A stretch of DNA of 64,000 nucleotides from Candidatus Spongiisociaceae bacterium. GTDB lineage: Bacteria > Actinomycetota > Acidimicrobiia > Spongiisociales > Spongiisociaceae. The notes under the pieces were generated by a model, which had not been told where the DNA came from, searched no databases, and was given only the letters and a program-made list of their open reading frames with translations. This document shows positions 52,992 through 61,666 of this stretch, piece by piece. Both the position numbers and the translations under genes were made by a program. The stretch covers positions 3,264,001 to 3,328,000 of the forward strand of contig OZ253564.1 in NCBI GenBank assembly GCA_965262915.1, read 5' to 3'. The stretch's first letter is position 1, and every line of letters starts with the position of its first letter.

Positions 52992-53678
52992 TCAGACGTC
53001 GGTAGCCAATCGCTCGGCGCGCACAGCTTCGATCTGCTCGGCTTGGTCGGCGATCCACGATAGGTGATGGCCGGTCAGGTATCGACGCAGGAACATCAGC
53101 AGATGCTCGAGGAGTTGAGGTTGGTCGGTGAGCAGGCCCGGGCCGGCACACTCCGAAGCTGCGGTCACCTGTAGCTTCTGGCCCATCATCCTCGGGTAGA
53201 TGAAGCCGACGTGTTTGCTCACTTCCTCGTTTAGGGCGCCTCTCAGCACGAGCCGCATGGCCGGACGGGTTGTCCGCCAGTCGATGCTCGCAGCCACCCG
53301 CGGGAGTGGAGCGATCATGACATGCACCGGCGCCCCACAGTCAGCGTCGAGAAACAGCAGGGTCTCGGTAATCGAGCCGTAGGCCACCAGCGCTACCGGG
53401 CCGAAGGAAGCAGATATCTCGGCCAGCATCGCCACCAGATCGTCCCGCAAGGAATCGGCGTCGGGCTCCCCGTCGGACAGGCCGTGGCCCCTCAGTTCCA
53501 CGCTTATCACCCGGAGTCCGTGGGCGGCCAACCGGACGGTAACCGGACCCCATGCGTCGAGGTCGTCCCCCAAGTCATGCACGAAGACGACGGGCGGGCC
53601 GTCGCGCGACCACTCGTGACCTCGGAGGATGATTCCGTCTTGGAGCCGGATCGCGATCGGGACCGGCGTAGTCACCAT
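52992..53678 (-). CDS. Degenerate alpha/beta-fold protein
   Basis: FVHDLG, ELRGHG.SDG retained; nucleophile elbow reads ALVAYGSI instead of GxSxG. Confidence 0.65.
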   Translation of the reverse strand: MVTTPVPIAIRLQDGIILRGHEWSRDGPPVVFVHDLGDDLDAWGPVTVRLAAHGLRVISVELRGHGLSDGEPDADSLRDDLVAMLAEISASFGPVALVAYGSITETLLFLDADCGAPVHVMIAPLPRVAASIDWRTTRPAMRLVLRGALNEEVSKHVGFIYPRMMGQKLQVTAASECAGPGLLTDQPQLLEHLLMFLRRYLTGHHLSWIADQAEQIEAVRAERLATDV

Positions 53679-54712
53679 CAGGAGGTGAACGGCTGCGGGT
53701 TGAAGCAGCGGAAGATCCGACCGACCTCGTGGGTGGTCAACTCGGGATGCTCGGTCCAGCAGGGCTCGATCGCATGGGGGCATCTGGGGGCGAACCAGCA
53801 TCCCGGCGGCATGAGCTGGGGCGGCGGGACGAGCCCGGGAATCGGATGCAGGCGGAGCCTCTTGATGCTCACCTGCGGGAGTGCCCGCAACAGCCCTTGC
53901 GTGTAAGGGTGACGGGGGTCCTCGAACAACTCGTCGACGGGCGCCTGCTCGACGATCTCCCCTGCGTACATAACCGCCACCCGGTCGGCCACCGCCGCTA
54001 CAACCGCCAGGTCATGGGTGATCAGCAGCATCGACATGTGCCGCTCGCGCTGCTGGTGGATCAGCTGGTCGAGGATCTGCGCCTGCACCGTGACGTCGAG
54101 GGCGGTGGTCGGTTCGTCGGCGATCAGGATGTCGGGATCGAGAACCAGGGCGAGGGCGATCATGACCCGCTGGCGCATTCCCCCGGAGAGTTCGTGAGGG
54201 TAGGAGTCGAGCCGTCTGACGGGATCGGGCAGCCCGACCTTGGTGAGCACCTCCCCGGCCATCTGCCGTGCTTCGGAGGACTTCACGTCGCGGTGGGCTC
54301 GGATCACCTCGGAGATCACGTCCCCTACGGCGAAGACGGGGTCCAGAGACGTGAGAGGATCCTGGAAGATCATCGAGATGGAGTCGGAGCGGATCTTGCG
54401 CATCCGGCTCTTACCCAGATCGAGGAGATCTTCGTCCTTGAACAGGATCTGCCCTGCCCGCACCCGCACCGGTGGCGTCGGAAGCAGGCGCATGATCGAC
54501 AGGGCGGTGATGCTCTTGCCACAGCCGCTCTCCCCCACCAGGCACAGGATCTCGTTCGGGTAGATGTCCAGTGACAGGTCCCGCACCACGTCGAACGACT
54601 CCCCCCGCGTGGTAACCGCAGTCCGGAGCCCGCGAACGGATAGCAGCGGATCCGTTCGCGCCCCGGGTGCCCGCATGGGGCCGGATGCCAGGTCCGTCGC
54701 CGACGCCATCAC
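53678..54712 (-). CDS. Oligopeptide/dipeptide ABC ATP-binding protein (OppD-like)
   Basis: [40 protein letters not shown]. Confidence 0.95.
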   Translation of the reverse strand: MMASATDLASGPMRAPGARTDPLLSVRGLRTAVTTRGESFDVVRDLSLDIYPNEILCLVGESGCGKSITALSIMRLLPTPPVRVRAGQILFKDEDLLDLGKSRMRKIRSDSISMIFQDPLTSLDPVFAVGDVISEVIRAHRDVKSSEARQMAGEVLTKVGLPDPVRRLDSYPHELSGGMRQRVMIALALVLDPDILIADEPTTALDVTVQAQILDQLIHQQRERHMSMLLITHDLAVVAAVADRVAVMYAGEIVEQAPVDELFEDPRHPYTQGLLRALPQVSIKRLRLHPIPGLVPPPQLMPPGCWFAPRCPHAIEPCWTEHPELTTHEVGRIFRCFNPQPFTS

Positions 54713-55626
54713 GTCTTCCGTAACCGTGGGTTGACGACCGTGTATCCCACATCGGCCAGCCAGTTGCTGAGCAGGACGATGGTGATCAGCACCAGGGAGA
54801 AGAACTGGGCCACCGGGTAGTCACGCCGGAGCACCGCGTTGACCAGCACCTGGCCCAGGCCGGGCCATCCGAATATGGTCTCGACCACCAGGGCGTAGCC
54901 GACGATCTGCCCGATACGGAGACCGGCCAGCGAAACGATCGGCACCAGGGCGTTGCGGAAGACGTGGCGTCCGACCACCCGGGCCTCCGAAAGTCCTCCT
55001 GCCCTCAACGTCCGTACGAAGTCCTGGTTGAGGTTCTCGAGCATGGCGGAGCGGGTCATGCGGACGGTGAGCGCCATGCCCTCCATCGCTAGGACCACCG
55101 CCGGAAGGATCAGCTGTTTGGGACTGCAACAGCCGGCAGACGGAAGCCACCCCAGGACGGACGCGAACAACCACACCGCCAGCAGGGCCAACCAGAAGTT
55201 CGGGACCGCCATCCCGGCCACCGAGAAGGTCATTATCCCCCCGTCCCACCACGAGTTTCTTCGCAGCGAGGCGAGCATACCGAGGGGAATCCCGAGACCG
55301 AACACCAGGACGAACGCGGCCACGCCGAGGATGAGGCTGTTCTTGCCGTGCTCGGTTACCAGGGTTCCGATTCTGGCGTTGTTGGTGAGGGAGTTCCCCA
55401 GATCTCCGGACAGGATCCTCCCCACGTAGTCGAAGTACTGCTCGTGGAAGGGGTCGTTGAGACCCAGTTGCTCCCGCACAGCCTCCCGTTCCTCGGCGGA
55501 GGCCGAGGCCGGTACGCGGGCGGCAACGGCGTCTCCGCCGGACAGACGGATCGCAGAGAACACCGCTATCGAGGACAGCGCGAGGACGATCACCATGTAG
55601 ACCGTGCGGGCGAGGACGCGCTTCAC
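54709..55626 (-). CDS. ABC permease (OppB-like), copy 2
   Basis: GDLG.S, PNFW, R.TRS.M, VETIF.WPGLG, RDYP. Confidence 0.93.
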   Translation of the reverse strand: MKRVLARTVYMVIVLALSSIAVFSAIRLSGGDAVAARVPASASAEEREAVREQLGLNDPFHEQYFDYVGRILSGDLGNSLTNNARIGTLVTEHGKNSLILGVAAFVLVFGLGIPLGMLASLRRNSWWDGGIMTFSVAGMAVPNFWLALLAVWLFASVLGWLPSAGCCSPKQLILPAVVLAMEGMALTVRMTRSAMLENLNQDFVRTLRAGGLSEARVVGRHVFRNALVPIVSLAGLRIGQIVGYALVVETIFGWPGLGQVLVNAVLRRDYPVAQFFSLVLITIVLLSNWLADVGYTVVNPRLRKT

Positions 55627-56564
55627 TCCTGCTCGACCCCCTTCGCCTCATGGCGCAGCCTCGGGTCGAACACATCCCGCAGACCGTCTCCGATGAGCGA
55701 TACGGCGAGCACGAGGAGAACGATGGTCAGACCGGGAATCGTCGACCCCCAGTGGTTCAGTTGGAGGTAGTTGCGACCGTCGGACACCATCCCTCCCAGA
55801 CTCGGGGTGGGTGGCTGGGCGCCGAGGCCGATGAACGACAGGGCCGCCTCGGCGATGACGGCCACAGCCACGTAATAGGAGGCGAGGACCAGCGCCGGGG
55901 CCAGGATGTTGGGGAACAGGTGCTTGCCCATGATCCTGGTCGTGGAGAGCCCACCCGCCCGGGCCGCCTCGATGAACTCCCGCTCGCTCAGGGCCAACAC
56001 CTCGCCCCGCACAACCCGGGCGATGGCGGCCGTGTTCACCAACCCGACCGCCAGGATCACCGGGAACAAGCCCTTACCCAGGCCACCCGCGAAAAGCACC
56101 GCCACGAGGATCAGCGGGAAACCCCACACGAAGTCCACCACACCCCGGATGGTGCGGTCCTTCCAACCCCCCAGGAAACCGCCGATCATGCCGAGCAGGA
56201 GGCCGAGAACCAGCGAGATCAGGGTGACACCCGCCGCCACCATGACGCTCACCCGGATCCCGACGAACACCCGCACCGCCATGTCCCTGCCCAGATGGTC
56301 GGTCCCCAGCAGGTAACCCTCGCTCCCGGGTGGCAAGTTGGTGTTGGAGAAGCTCTGGATGGTCGGATCGGCACCCGAGATGATCGGGCCGAATACAGCG
56401 GCGAACAGCACCAGTATGCCGAGGGCGCTGCCCAGCAGCAGCAGCTTGTTCCGGCGCATTCGATCGAGAGCGGCCCGGACAGGGCCTACGCGCCGGCTCT
56501 CCTCGTACTCTGCGAGGCGCCGGTTCCACGCTTCCAGATGGGAACTTGTCTGCTCTGTGACCAT
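55623..56564 (-). CDS. ABC permease (OppC-like)
   Basis: LGTD.LGRD, ARVVRG, FIEAA, PN.L.P, EA.LSF.GLG..PP.P, GDGLRD.FDP. Confidence 0.93.
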   Translation of the reverse strand: MVTEQTSSHLEAWNRRLAEYEESRRVGPVRAALDRMRRNKLLLLGSALGILVLFAAVFGPIISGADPTIQSFSNTNLPPGSEGYLLGTDHLGRDMAVRVFVGIRVSVMVAAGVTLISLVLGLLLGMIGGFLGGWKDRTIRGVVDFVWGFPLILVAVLFAGGLGKGLFPVILAVGLVNTAAIARVVRGEVLALSEREFIEAARAGGLSTTRIMGKHLFPNILAPALVLASYYVAVAVIAEAALSFIGLGAQPPTPSLGGMVSDGRNYLQLNHWGSTIPGLTIVLLVLAVSLIGDGLRDVFDPRLRHEAKGVEQE

Positions 56565-56586
56565 CAGCCCGATCCCTCCGGAGGCA

Positions 56587-57522
56587 TCATACGCCCCGCA
56601 ACCTCGCGGTGCGAAGGCGCGGATTGACCGCCAGGTAACCCAGGTCGGCCAACCAGTTGCCCAGGACGACCAGCGCCACGAGCACCAGCGAGAAGAACTG
56701 GGCAACCGGGTAGTCACGCCTGAGCACCGCGTTGACCAGGACCTGGCCGAGACCCGGCCATCCGAAGATGGTCTCGACCACCAGCGCGTAGCCAACGATC
56801 TGGCCGATACGAAGTCCGGCCAGCGATACGATCGGGATCAGCGCGTTGCGGAGCACATGCCTACCGATCACCCTCACCTCCGGCAACCCGCCGGCCCGCA
56901 GCGTCCGCACGAAGTCGCTCTCGAGGTTCTCGACCATGGCGGAGCGGGTCATGCGCACTGTCAGCGCCAGACCCTCCATCGCCAGCACGACGGCCGGGAG
57001 CACCAGGTGGCGGGGACTGCAGCACCCGGCAGTCGGCAGCCAGTGCAGCGTCGACGCGAACAGCCACACGGTGAGGAGCGCCAACCAGAAGTTGGGAACG
57101 GCCATCCCACCCACCGAGAGCGTCATGATCGACGCGTCGACCACGCCGTTGCGCCGCAGGGAGGCGAGGATTCCCAATGGGACGCCCACCGCGAACACGA
57201 GGAAGAAGGCGGCTCCGCCGAGGATCAGGCTGTGACGGCCGTGGATCACCAGCATGTCGACTATCGGCGAGCTGTTGGTCAACGAGTTCCCCAGATCGCC
57301 CCTCAGCAACCTGCCCATGTAGGCGAAGTACTGCTCGTGGATGGGAAGGTTCAAGCCCCACAGTTCACGAAGCTGCTCGCGTGCTTCGAGTGAGGCCGAA
57401 CCGGGCTGGATGACCGCCGCGACCGCGTCGCCTCCTGCCAGCCGGATCGCATAGAACACTGCTACCGACGACACGAGCACGATCAGCACCATGTAGGCGG
57501 TACGGACCGCGAGTACCTTCAT
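56587..57522 (-). CDS. ABC permease (OppB-like), copy 1
   Basis: Same motifs as 54709-55626, with long identical stretches. Confidence 0.93.
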   Translation of the reverse strand: MKVLAVRTAYMVLIVLVSSVAVFYAIRLAGGDAVAAVIQPGSASLEAREQLRELWGLNLPIHEQYFAYMGRLLRGDLGNSLTNSSPIVDMLVIHGRHSLILGGAAFFLVFAVGVPLGILASLRRNGVVDASIMTLSVGGMAVPNFWLALLTVWLFASTLHWLPTAGCCSPRHLVLPAVVLAMEGLALTVRMTRSAMVENLESDFVRTLRAGGLPEVRVIGRHVLRNALIPIVSLAGLRIGQIVGYALVVETIFGWPGLGQVLVNAVLRRDYPVAQFFSLVLVALVVLGNWLADLGYLAVNPRLRTARLRGV

Positions 57523-57539
57523 CGCCCAGGCTCCTTACC

Positions 57540-57571
57540 AAGCGGGGGCCGTGAACACACGACCCCCGCTT
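57540..57571. terminator. Intercistronic hairpin after the SBP gene
   Basis: AAGCGGGGG.CGTG...CACG.CCCCCGCTT. Confidence 0.55.
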
Positions 57572-57606
57572 CGCTTCGATCAGTCAGGAAGCTGCAACTG
57601 AGCCCT

Positions 57607-59445
57607 CTAAGACTCGATCCATGTGTCGTTGTAGTACGGGTACAGATTCCATACGAACGGCTGCCATCCGTGCACCTTGTTGTTGTGCACGAAGGTGGCG
57701 TTCTGGTTCATGATGGGTATGTACGGGAGTTCCTCAGCCCATGCCAACTGGAACTGCGAAGCAGCCGCTTGCGCCTGCGTCTCGTTGGCCGATGTCTGCC
57801 AACTGGCGATCGCGTCGTCGATCCGCGCCTCCACTGCGTGCGAGAAGTTCGGTACGGGGATGAACTGGGATCCGCCGAAGAGGATCAACACGTCCAGCGG
57901 GATCGGCCAGAGCCAGAAGAAGAGCGACATCTCCACCGAGTCCCTGCCCGGCCCGCTCTGCTGTTCGAAGGCCAGCGCCCGGTCGACCACATCGAGGTTC
58001 GCCCGGACCCCGACGTTGGCGAACTGGGCCTGGACCGCTTCGGCCACCGACTTCTGAACCGTCTCGTCCTCTACCAGATACCGGAACTCGAACCGCACTC
58101 CTTCCCGCTCGCGGATCCCGCCGCTCCCGCGAACCCATCCGGCCCGGTCGAGCTTCTGGTTGGCGAGATCGATGTCGAACTGGTTGAACTGCTCGACCGC
58201 CGGCTCGTAGTTCCGGTCGGTGGTCGGGAACGGCCCGTGGGTGGGAGCGCCGTTACCGAACAGGATGGCCTGCACCATGCCTTGCCGGTCGAGTGAGTGC
58301 GACAGACCTTGCCGCGTCAGCCGATCACCGAAGTACTCCGGATAGTCACGGTTCATCGCCAGGTGGTACCCGGACCACTCCGGGTGCCTGATCACCGTCA
58401 GGTCCGAGTTCGACTCGAGCCGACCGATGTCCTGGTGGGCCGGGTTGATCAGCGTGTCCACGTCACCGTTCTCCAGCTGGGTCGCCCTCTGGCCGGCCTC
58501 GGTGATGACCGTCCACCGAACCGCGTCCAGATACGCCGTACCCGTGTTCTCCAAGAAAGGCGTCTGCGATCCCGGGTACTGATCCCAGCGTTTCACCAGC
58601 ACGTGGCTTCCCGGCACCCACTCCTCATGGGTGAAGGGACCCGTACCGTCGGCAAGTTCCGTCCCGTACGTCGAGGCGGCGTTGAGGCTGCCGTCGGGCA
58701 GCACCGAGTGCTCCTTCCACGTGTTGATGTTCACGATCCGCCAGTAGCCGGTCTTGTGCGGTCCGAGAGCACCCACCCAGGGGTTCTTCATCTTGACCAC
58801 CACGTCGTTGCCGTCGGCCACGTAGGTGTCCACCGGGGCGGCCAGACCGGCGATGAAGCTGTACTGCTGGATCGACCGGTAGAACTCGGCCACCATCTCG
58901 GCGTTGATGGTCCCGCCGGAGTGGGAGAGCTTGCCTTCGGGAATGGTGAACCGGTACTCGAGCCCGTCGTCCGACGCCGAGAAACCGGAGGCGAACTGGG
59001 GCACCGTTGCGCCGCTCGGGTCGTTGGACAGGATGGCCTCGTAGATGGCGAAGAACGCCGGGTCGTACCAGTTGGTGGTGAGGGGATCATGCTTGGAGAC
59101 GTCCCGGTTGTAGCCCTCCCGTAACGTTCCGCCGACCACGGGCCCCATCATCTCGGGTTCGGCTTCTTCCTCCATGGCCTTGGTCGTATCGGGGGTTTCC
59201 TCTGCCATGGCGGCGGTGGTGGTCGTCGCCTGGGTCGCCGCGGCCTGAGTGGTGGCTGTCGTCGCCTCGGGCTCGTCGTCGCCACAGGCGGCCAGGATGG
59301 AGGCGGCTGCGGCTACGCCGATACCCGCTGTGCCCAGCCGTTTCATGAATTGGCGCCGACCGATCTCCTTAGCCTTGTATTGCTTGGTGAGTTCGGTAAC
59401 CTCGGACCCGAACTCGGACTCCGTCCAAGAGTCACCCATACGCAT
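57607..59445 (-). CDS. Family 5 ABC substrate-binding protein (Tat lipoprotein)
   Basis: GRRQFMK Tat motif, LAAC lipobox, Thr/Ala linker, GTGPF...W..G, L..G.VD, A..L..AGW....G.RE..G. Confidence 0.9.
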   Translation of the reverse strand: MRMGDSWTESEFGSEVTELTKQYKAKEIGRRQFMKRLGTAGIGVAAAASILAACGDDEPEATTATTQAAATQATTTTAAMAEETPDTTKAMEEEAEPEMMGPVVGGTLREGYNRDVSKHDPLTTNWYDPAFFAIYEAILSNDPSGATVPQFASGFSASDDGLEYRFTIPEGKLSHSGGTINAEMVAEFYRSIQQYSFIAGLAAPVDTYVADGNDVVVKMKNPWVGALGPHKTGYWRIVNINTWKEHSVLPDGSLNAASTYGTELADGTGPFTHEEWVPGSHVLVKRWDQYPGSQTPFLENTGTAYLDAVRWTVITEAGQRATQLENGDVDTLINPAHQDIGRLESNSDLTVIRHPEWSGYHLAMNRDYPEYFGDRLTRQGLSHSLDRQGMVQAILFGNGAPTHGPFPTTDRNYEPAVEQFNQFDIDLANQKLDRAGWVRGSGGIREREGVRFEFRYLVEDETVQKSVAEAVQAQFANVGVRANLDVVDRALAFEQQSGPGRDSVEMSLFFWLWPIPLDVLILFGGSQFIPVPNFSHAVEARIDDAIASWQTSANETQAQAAASQFQLAWAEELPYIPIMNQNATFVHNNKVHGWQPFVWNLYPYYNDTWIES

Positions 59446-59535
59446 GTCCTCCTTCGATCGCGCCAGTTTGTGCCTGACGAACTATCTTATCCTGTCGCGC
59501 GCCTTCGGGCCATGGAAATCTGAGGAGAGGGACGG

Positions 59536-60516
59536 ATGAGCGAGTCGGAGCGGGTGCTCGTAACCGGATCAGCGGGGTGTATCGGGGCTTGGGCGGTCCA
59601 CGAACTGGTCCGTGAAGGAACCCCTGTCGTAGCGTTCGACATCACCGAAGACCTCCACCGGTTGCGCCTGGTTCTCGACGACGACGAACTATCCTGTGTG
59701 GTCTCCCATCGGGGAGATATACGCGACGGCGCAACTTTCCGGCACGCGGTCCGGGACAAGGGCATCACCCACATCGTCCACCTGGCAGGATTGCAGGTCC
59801 CTTTCTGTGCAGCCGATCCCGTAAACGGCTCGCTGGTCAACGTCACCGGCACGTTGAACGTGCTGGAGGCGACCCGTCGCTCGGACGGGCAGGTACGCGG
59901 GATCACCTACGCCAGCTCGATCGGTGTGTTCGGAGAGGCCCACCTGTACGAGGGTGGCGTCGCCTACGACGATTCACCCGCAGCACCGGTCACCCTATAC
60001 GGGGCCTACAAGCAGGCCAACGAGTGGACCGCACGGATCTTCGGAGCGGATTGGGGTGTCGGCTCGGTAGGTCTGCGACCCTCGGTCATCTACGGGCTCG
60101 GCCGTGACCAGGGTCTCACCTCCGGCGCCACCAAGGCCATGCTGGCCGCGGCGGCCGGCGTCTCGGGCCACATCACCCACGGCGGCACGGTCACCTACCA
60201 GCACGCCCAGGACATGGCCGCCATCTTTATCGCCGCGGCCCGACTCGAGTCAGAGACCGCACTGGTCCACAACGTCGGTGGACCCGCGGCCGATATCTCC
60301 GAGATAGCGGCCATGATCGACGCCACCACCCCGGGAATCGAGACCACCTACGACACCACCCCGTTCCCGCTGCCCTCGATAATCGACGGTACCGGCCTGG
60401 ACCGGATAATCGACATAGAGCAGCGATCCCTTGAGGATGGCATCGCGGGAACGGTCGAAGACTTCCGCCGTCTCCTGGCTACCGGCCGGGTCGAACCCCC
60501 GACCACTGCCGGATAG
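59536..60516 (+). CDS. NAD-dependent epimerase/dehydratase
   Basis: VTG.AG.IG, HLA, NV.GT.NVLEA, YGAYK, LRP..IYG. Confidence 0.92.
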   Translation: MSESERVLVTGSAGCIGAWAVHELVREGTPVVAFDITEDLHRLRLVLDDDELSCVVSHRGDIRDGATFRHAVRDKGITHIVHLAGLQVPFCAADPVNGSLVNVTGTLNVLEATRRSDGQVRGITYASSIGVFGEAHLYEGGVAYDDSPAAPVTLYGAYKQANEWTARIFGADWGVGSVGLRPSVIYGLGRDQGLTSGATKAMLAAAAGVSGHITHGGTVTYQHAQDMAAIFIAAARLESETALVHNVGGPAADISEIAAMIDATTPGIETTYDTTPFPLPSIIDGTGLDRIIDIEQRSLEDGIAGTVEDFRRLLATGRVEPPTTAG

Positions 60517-60524
60517 ATTTCCCT

Positions 60525-60775
60525 GCGAACAGTCACGGCATCCGAGTTCAAGGCCAAAGTGCCTCAAGCTCATGGACGAAGTGGCAAGTACCGGAGAGGA
60601 GATCGCCATCACCAAGCACTGCCGGCCGGTCTCCCGGCTCGTGCCGTACCGGCGGAAGCCACAGACTCCTTTCGGTCGGAACCGGGACAACATTCGGATC
60701 CTCGGCGATATCGTGTCTCCGATGCCTCCTGCATGGTTCGAAGAAGAAGGTGACCCGGGCGTCGAACTGTTCTGA
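60525..60775 (+). pseudogene. Frameshifted orphan Phd/YefM antitoxin
   Basis: RTVTASEFKAK | CLKLMDEVASTGEEI.ITK..RPVSRLVP split by an extra A at ~60557; no start codon and no toxin downstream. Confidence 0.8.
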
Positions 60776-60821
60776 ATCTCCCTCTGCCTACAAGATCTAA
60801 CGCTCCGCCCCAGGTAGACCG

Positions 60822-60926
60822 CCAGGAGATTGCTGCAGAACAGTGGGAGCAGCGGCCATCTTCCTCTGAACAGGCATCATGTCATCGACCGACCGGTCGA
60901 GAAGGGGTCTTGCCCCACCTTCGTAG
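60822..60926 (+). mobile_element. MITE-like family A, degenerate copy
   Basis: GGGAGCA.CGGCC.TCTTCCTCTGAACAGGCAT.ATGTCATCG core shared with copy 1; ends eroded. Confidence 0.7.
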
Positions 60927-61037
60927 GAGGTCGGGACTAGAGACTGGTGCGGGGCCTGCGCGCTACCAACTGAGCAAAAGCCGCCCCCTGCAACGTGACA
61001 AATAGTACTTGTATATGGTGAGTTATTTAGTCTCCAC

Positions 61038-61046
61038 TGTTATGAT
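61038..61046 (+). promoter_or_regulatory. Extended -10 promoter (leaderless start)
   Basis: TGtTATGAT, 7 nt upstream of ATG 61054, no SD sequence. Confidence 0.45.
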
Positions 61047-61053
61047 TCGAGTA

Positions 61054-61656
61054 ATGCACACACTCACCAAACTCGCTGACATATCTCAGGGGCTGGTGCG
61101 TTCCGGTCGCGGGGCCGGAGCACGGCCCGGTGACTGGAAACTCCGGATCGTCGAGAGCAAGAACGTAGTCGGAGACGGTCTCGTGCTCGACAATCTCAAG
61201 GAGATCGGTGTGGTTCCGGGTGTCCGCACCGAACGCCACCTGCTAAGACCGTTCGATGTGCTGGTCACCGCACGCTCCCGTAAGGTTCAGTCTGCCCTCG
61301 TCCCCCCCGACGTATCGAGAACGGTGGCAGGTGTGACGCTCCTGGTCGTCCGGCCCCACCACCCCGAGTCCGGCATGGGCCATTATCTCTGGTACTACCT
61401 CACGTCGTCTTTCGGGCGGGCCCGGTTGGCCAGGAAGACCACCCCGAGCCTCACGCTGACCTCGCTCTCGGCGCGCAACCTCGGGGAGGTGCTCGTTCCG
61501 GTACCTCCGGGGCGGACCCTGGATCGCCTGGCCGAGTTGGTCGAAACCTCCGAAGCGGCCTACAAGGCAACCATCGAAGCCGCCGAGATGCGTCGGGAGT
61601 TACTCCGCGATGCGCTGATCGGCGAACTTGTCTACCAGAATGTGGAGGCAAGTTGA
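61054..61656 (+). CDS. Half-size (single-TRD) type I RM specificity-subunit-like protein
   Basis: LA.I..G, L...DVL...R, YL.YYL.S..G...L, L....VPVP, then an amphipathic helix; directly upstream of hsdM. Confidence 0.7.
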   Translation: MHTLTKLADISQGLVRSGRGAGARPGDWKLRIVESKNVVGDGLVLDNLKEIGVVPGVRTERHLLRPFDVLVTARSRKVQSALVPPDVSRTVAGVTLLVVRPHHPESGMGHYLWYYLTSSFGRARLARKTTPSLTLTSLSARNLGEVLVPVPPGRTLDRLAELVETSEAAYKATIEAAEMRRELLRDALIGELVYQNVEAS

Positions 61657-61666
61657 GGAGACCCTA

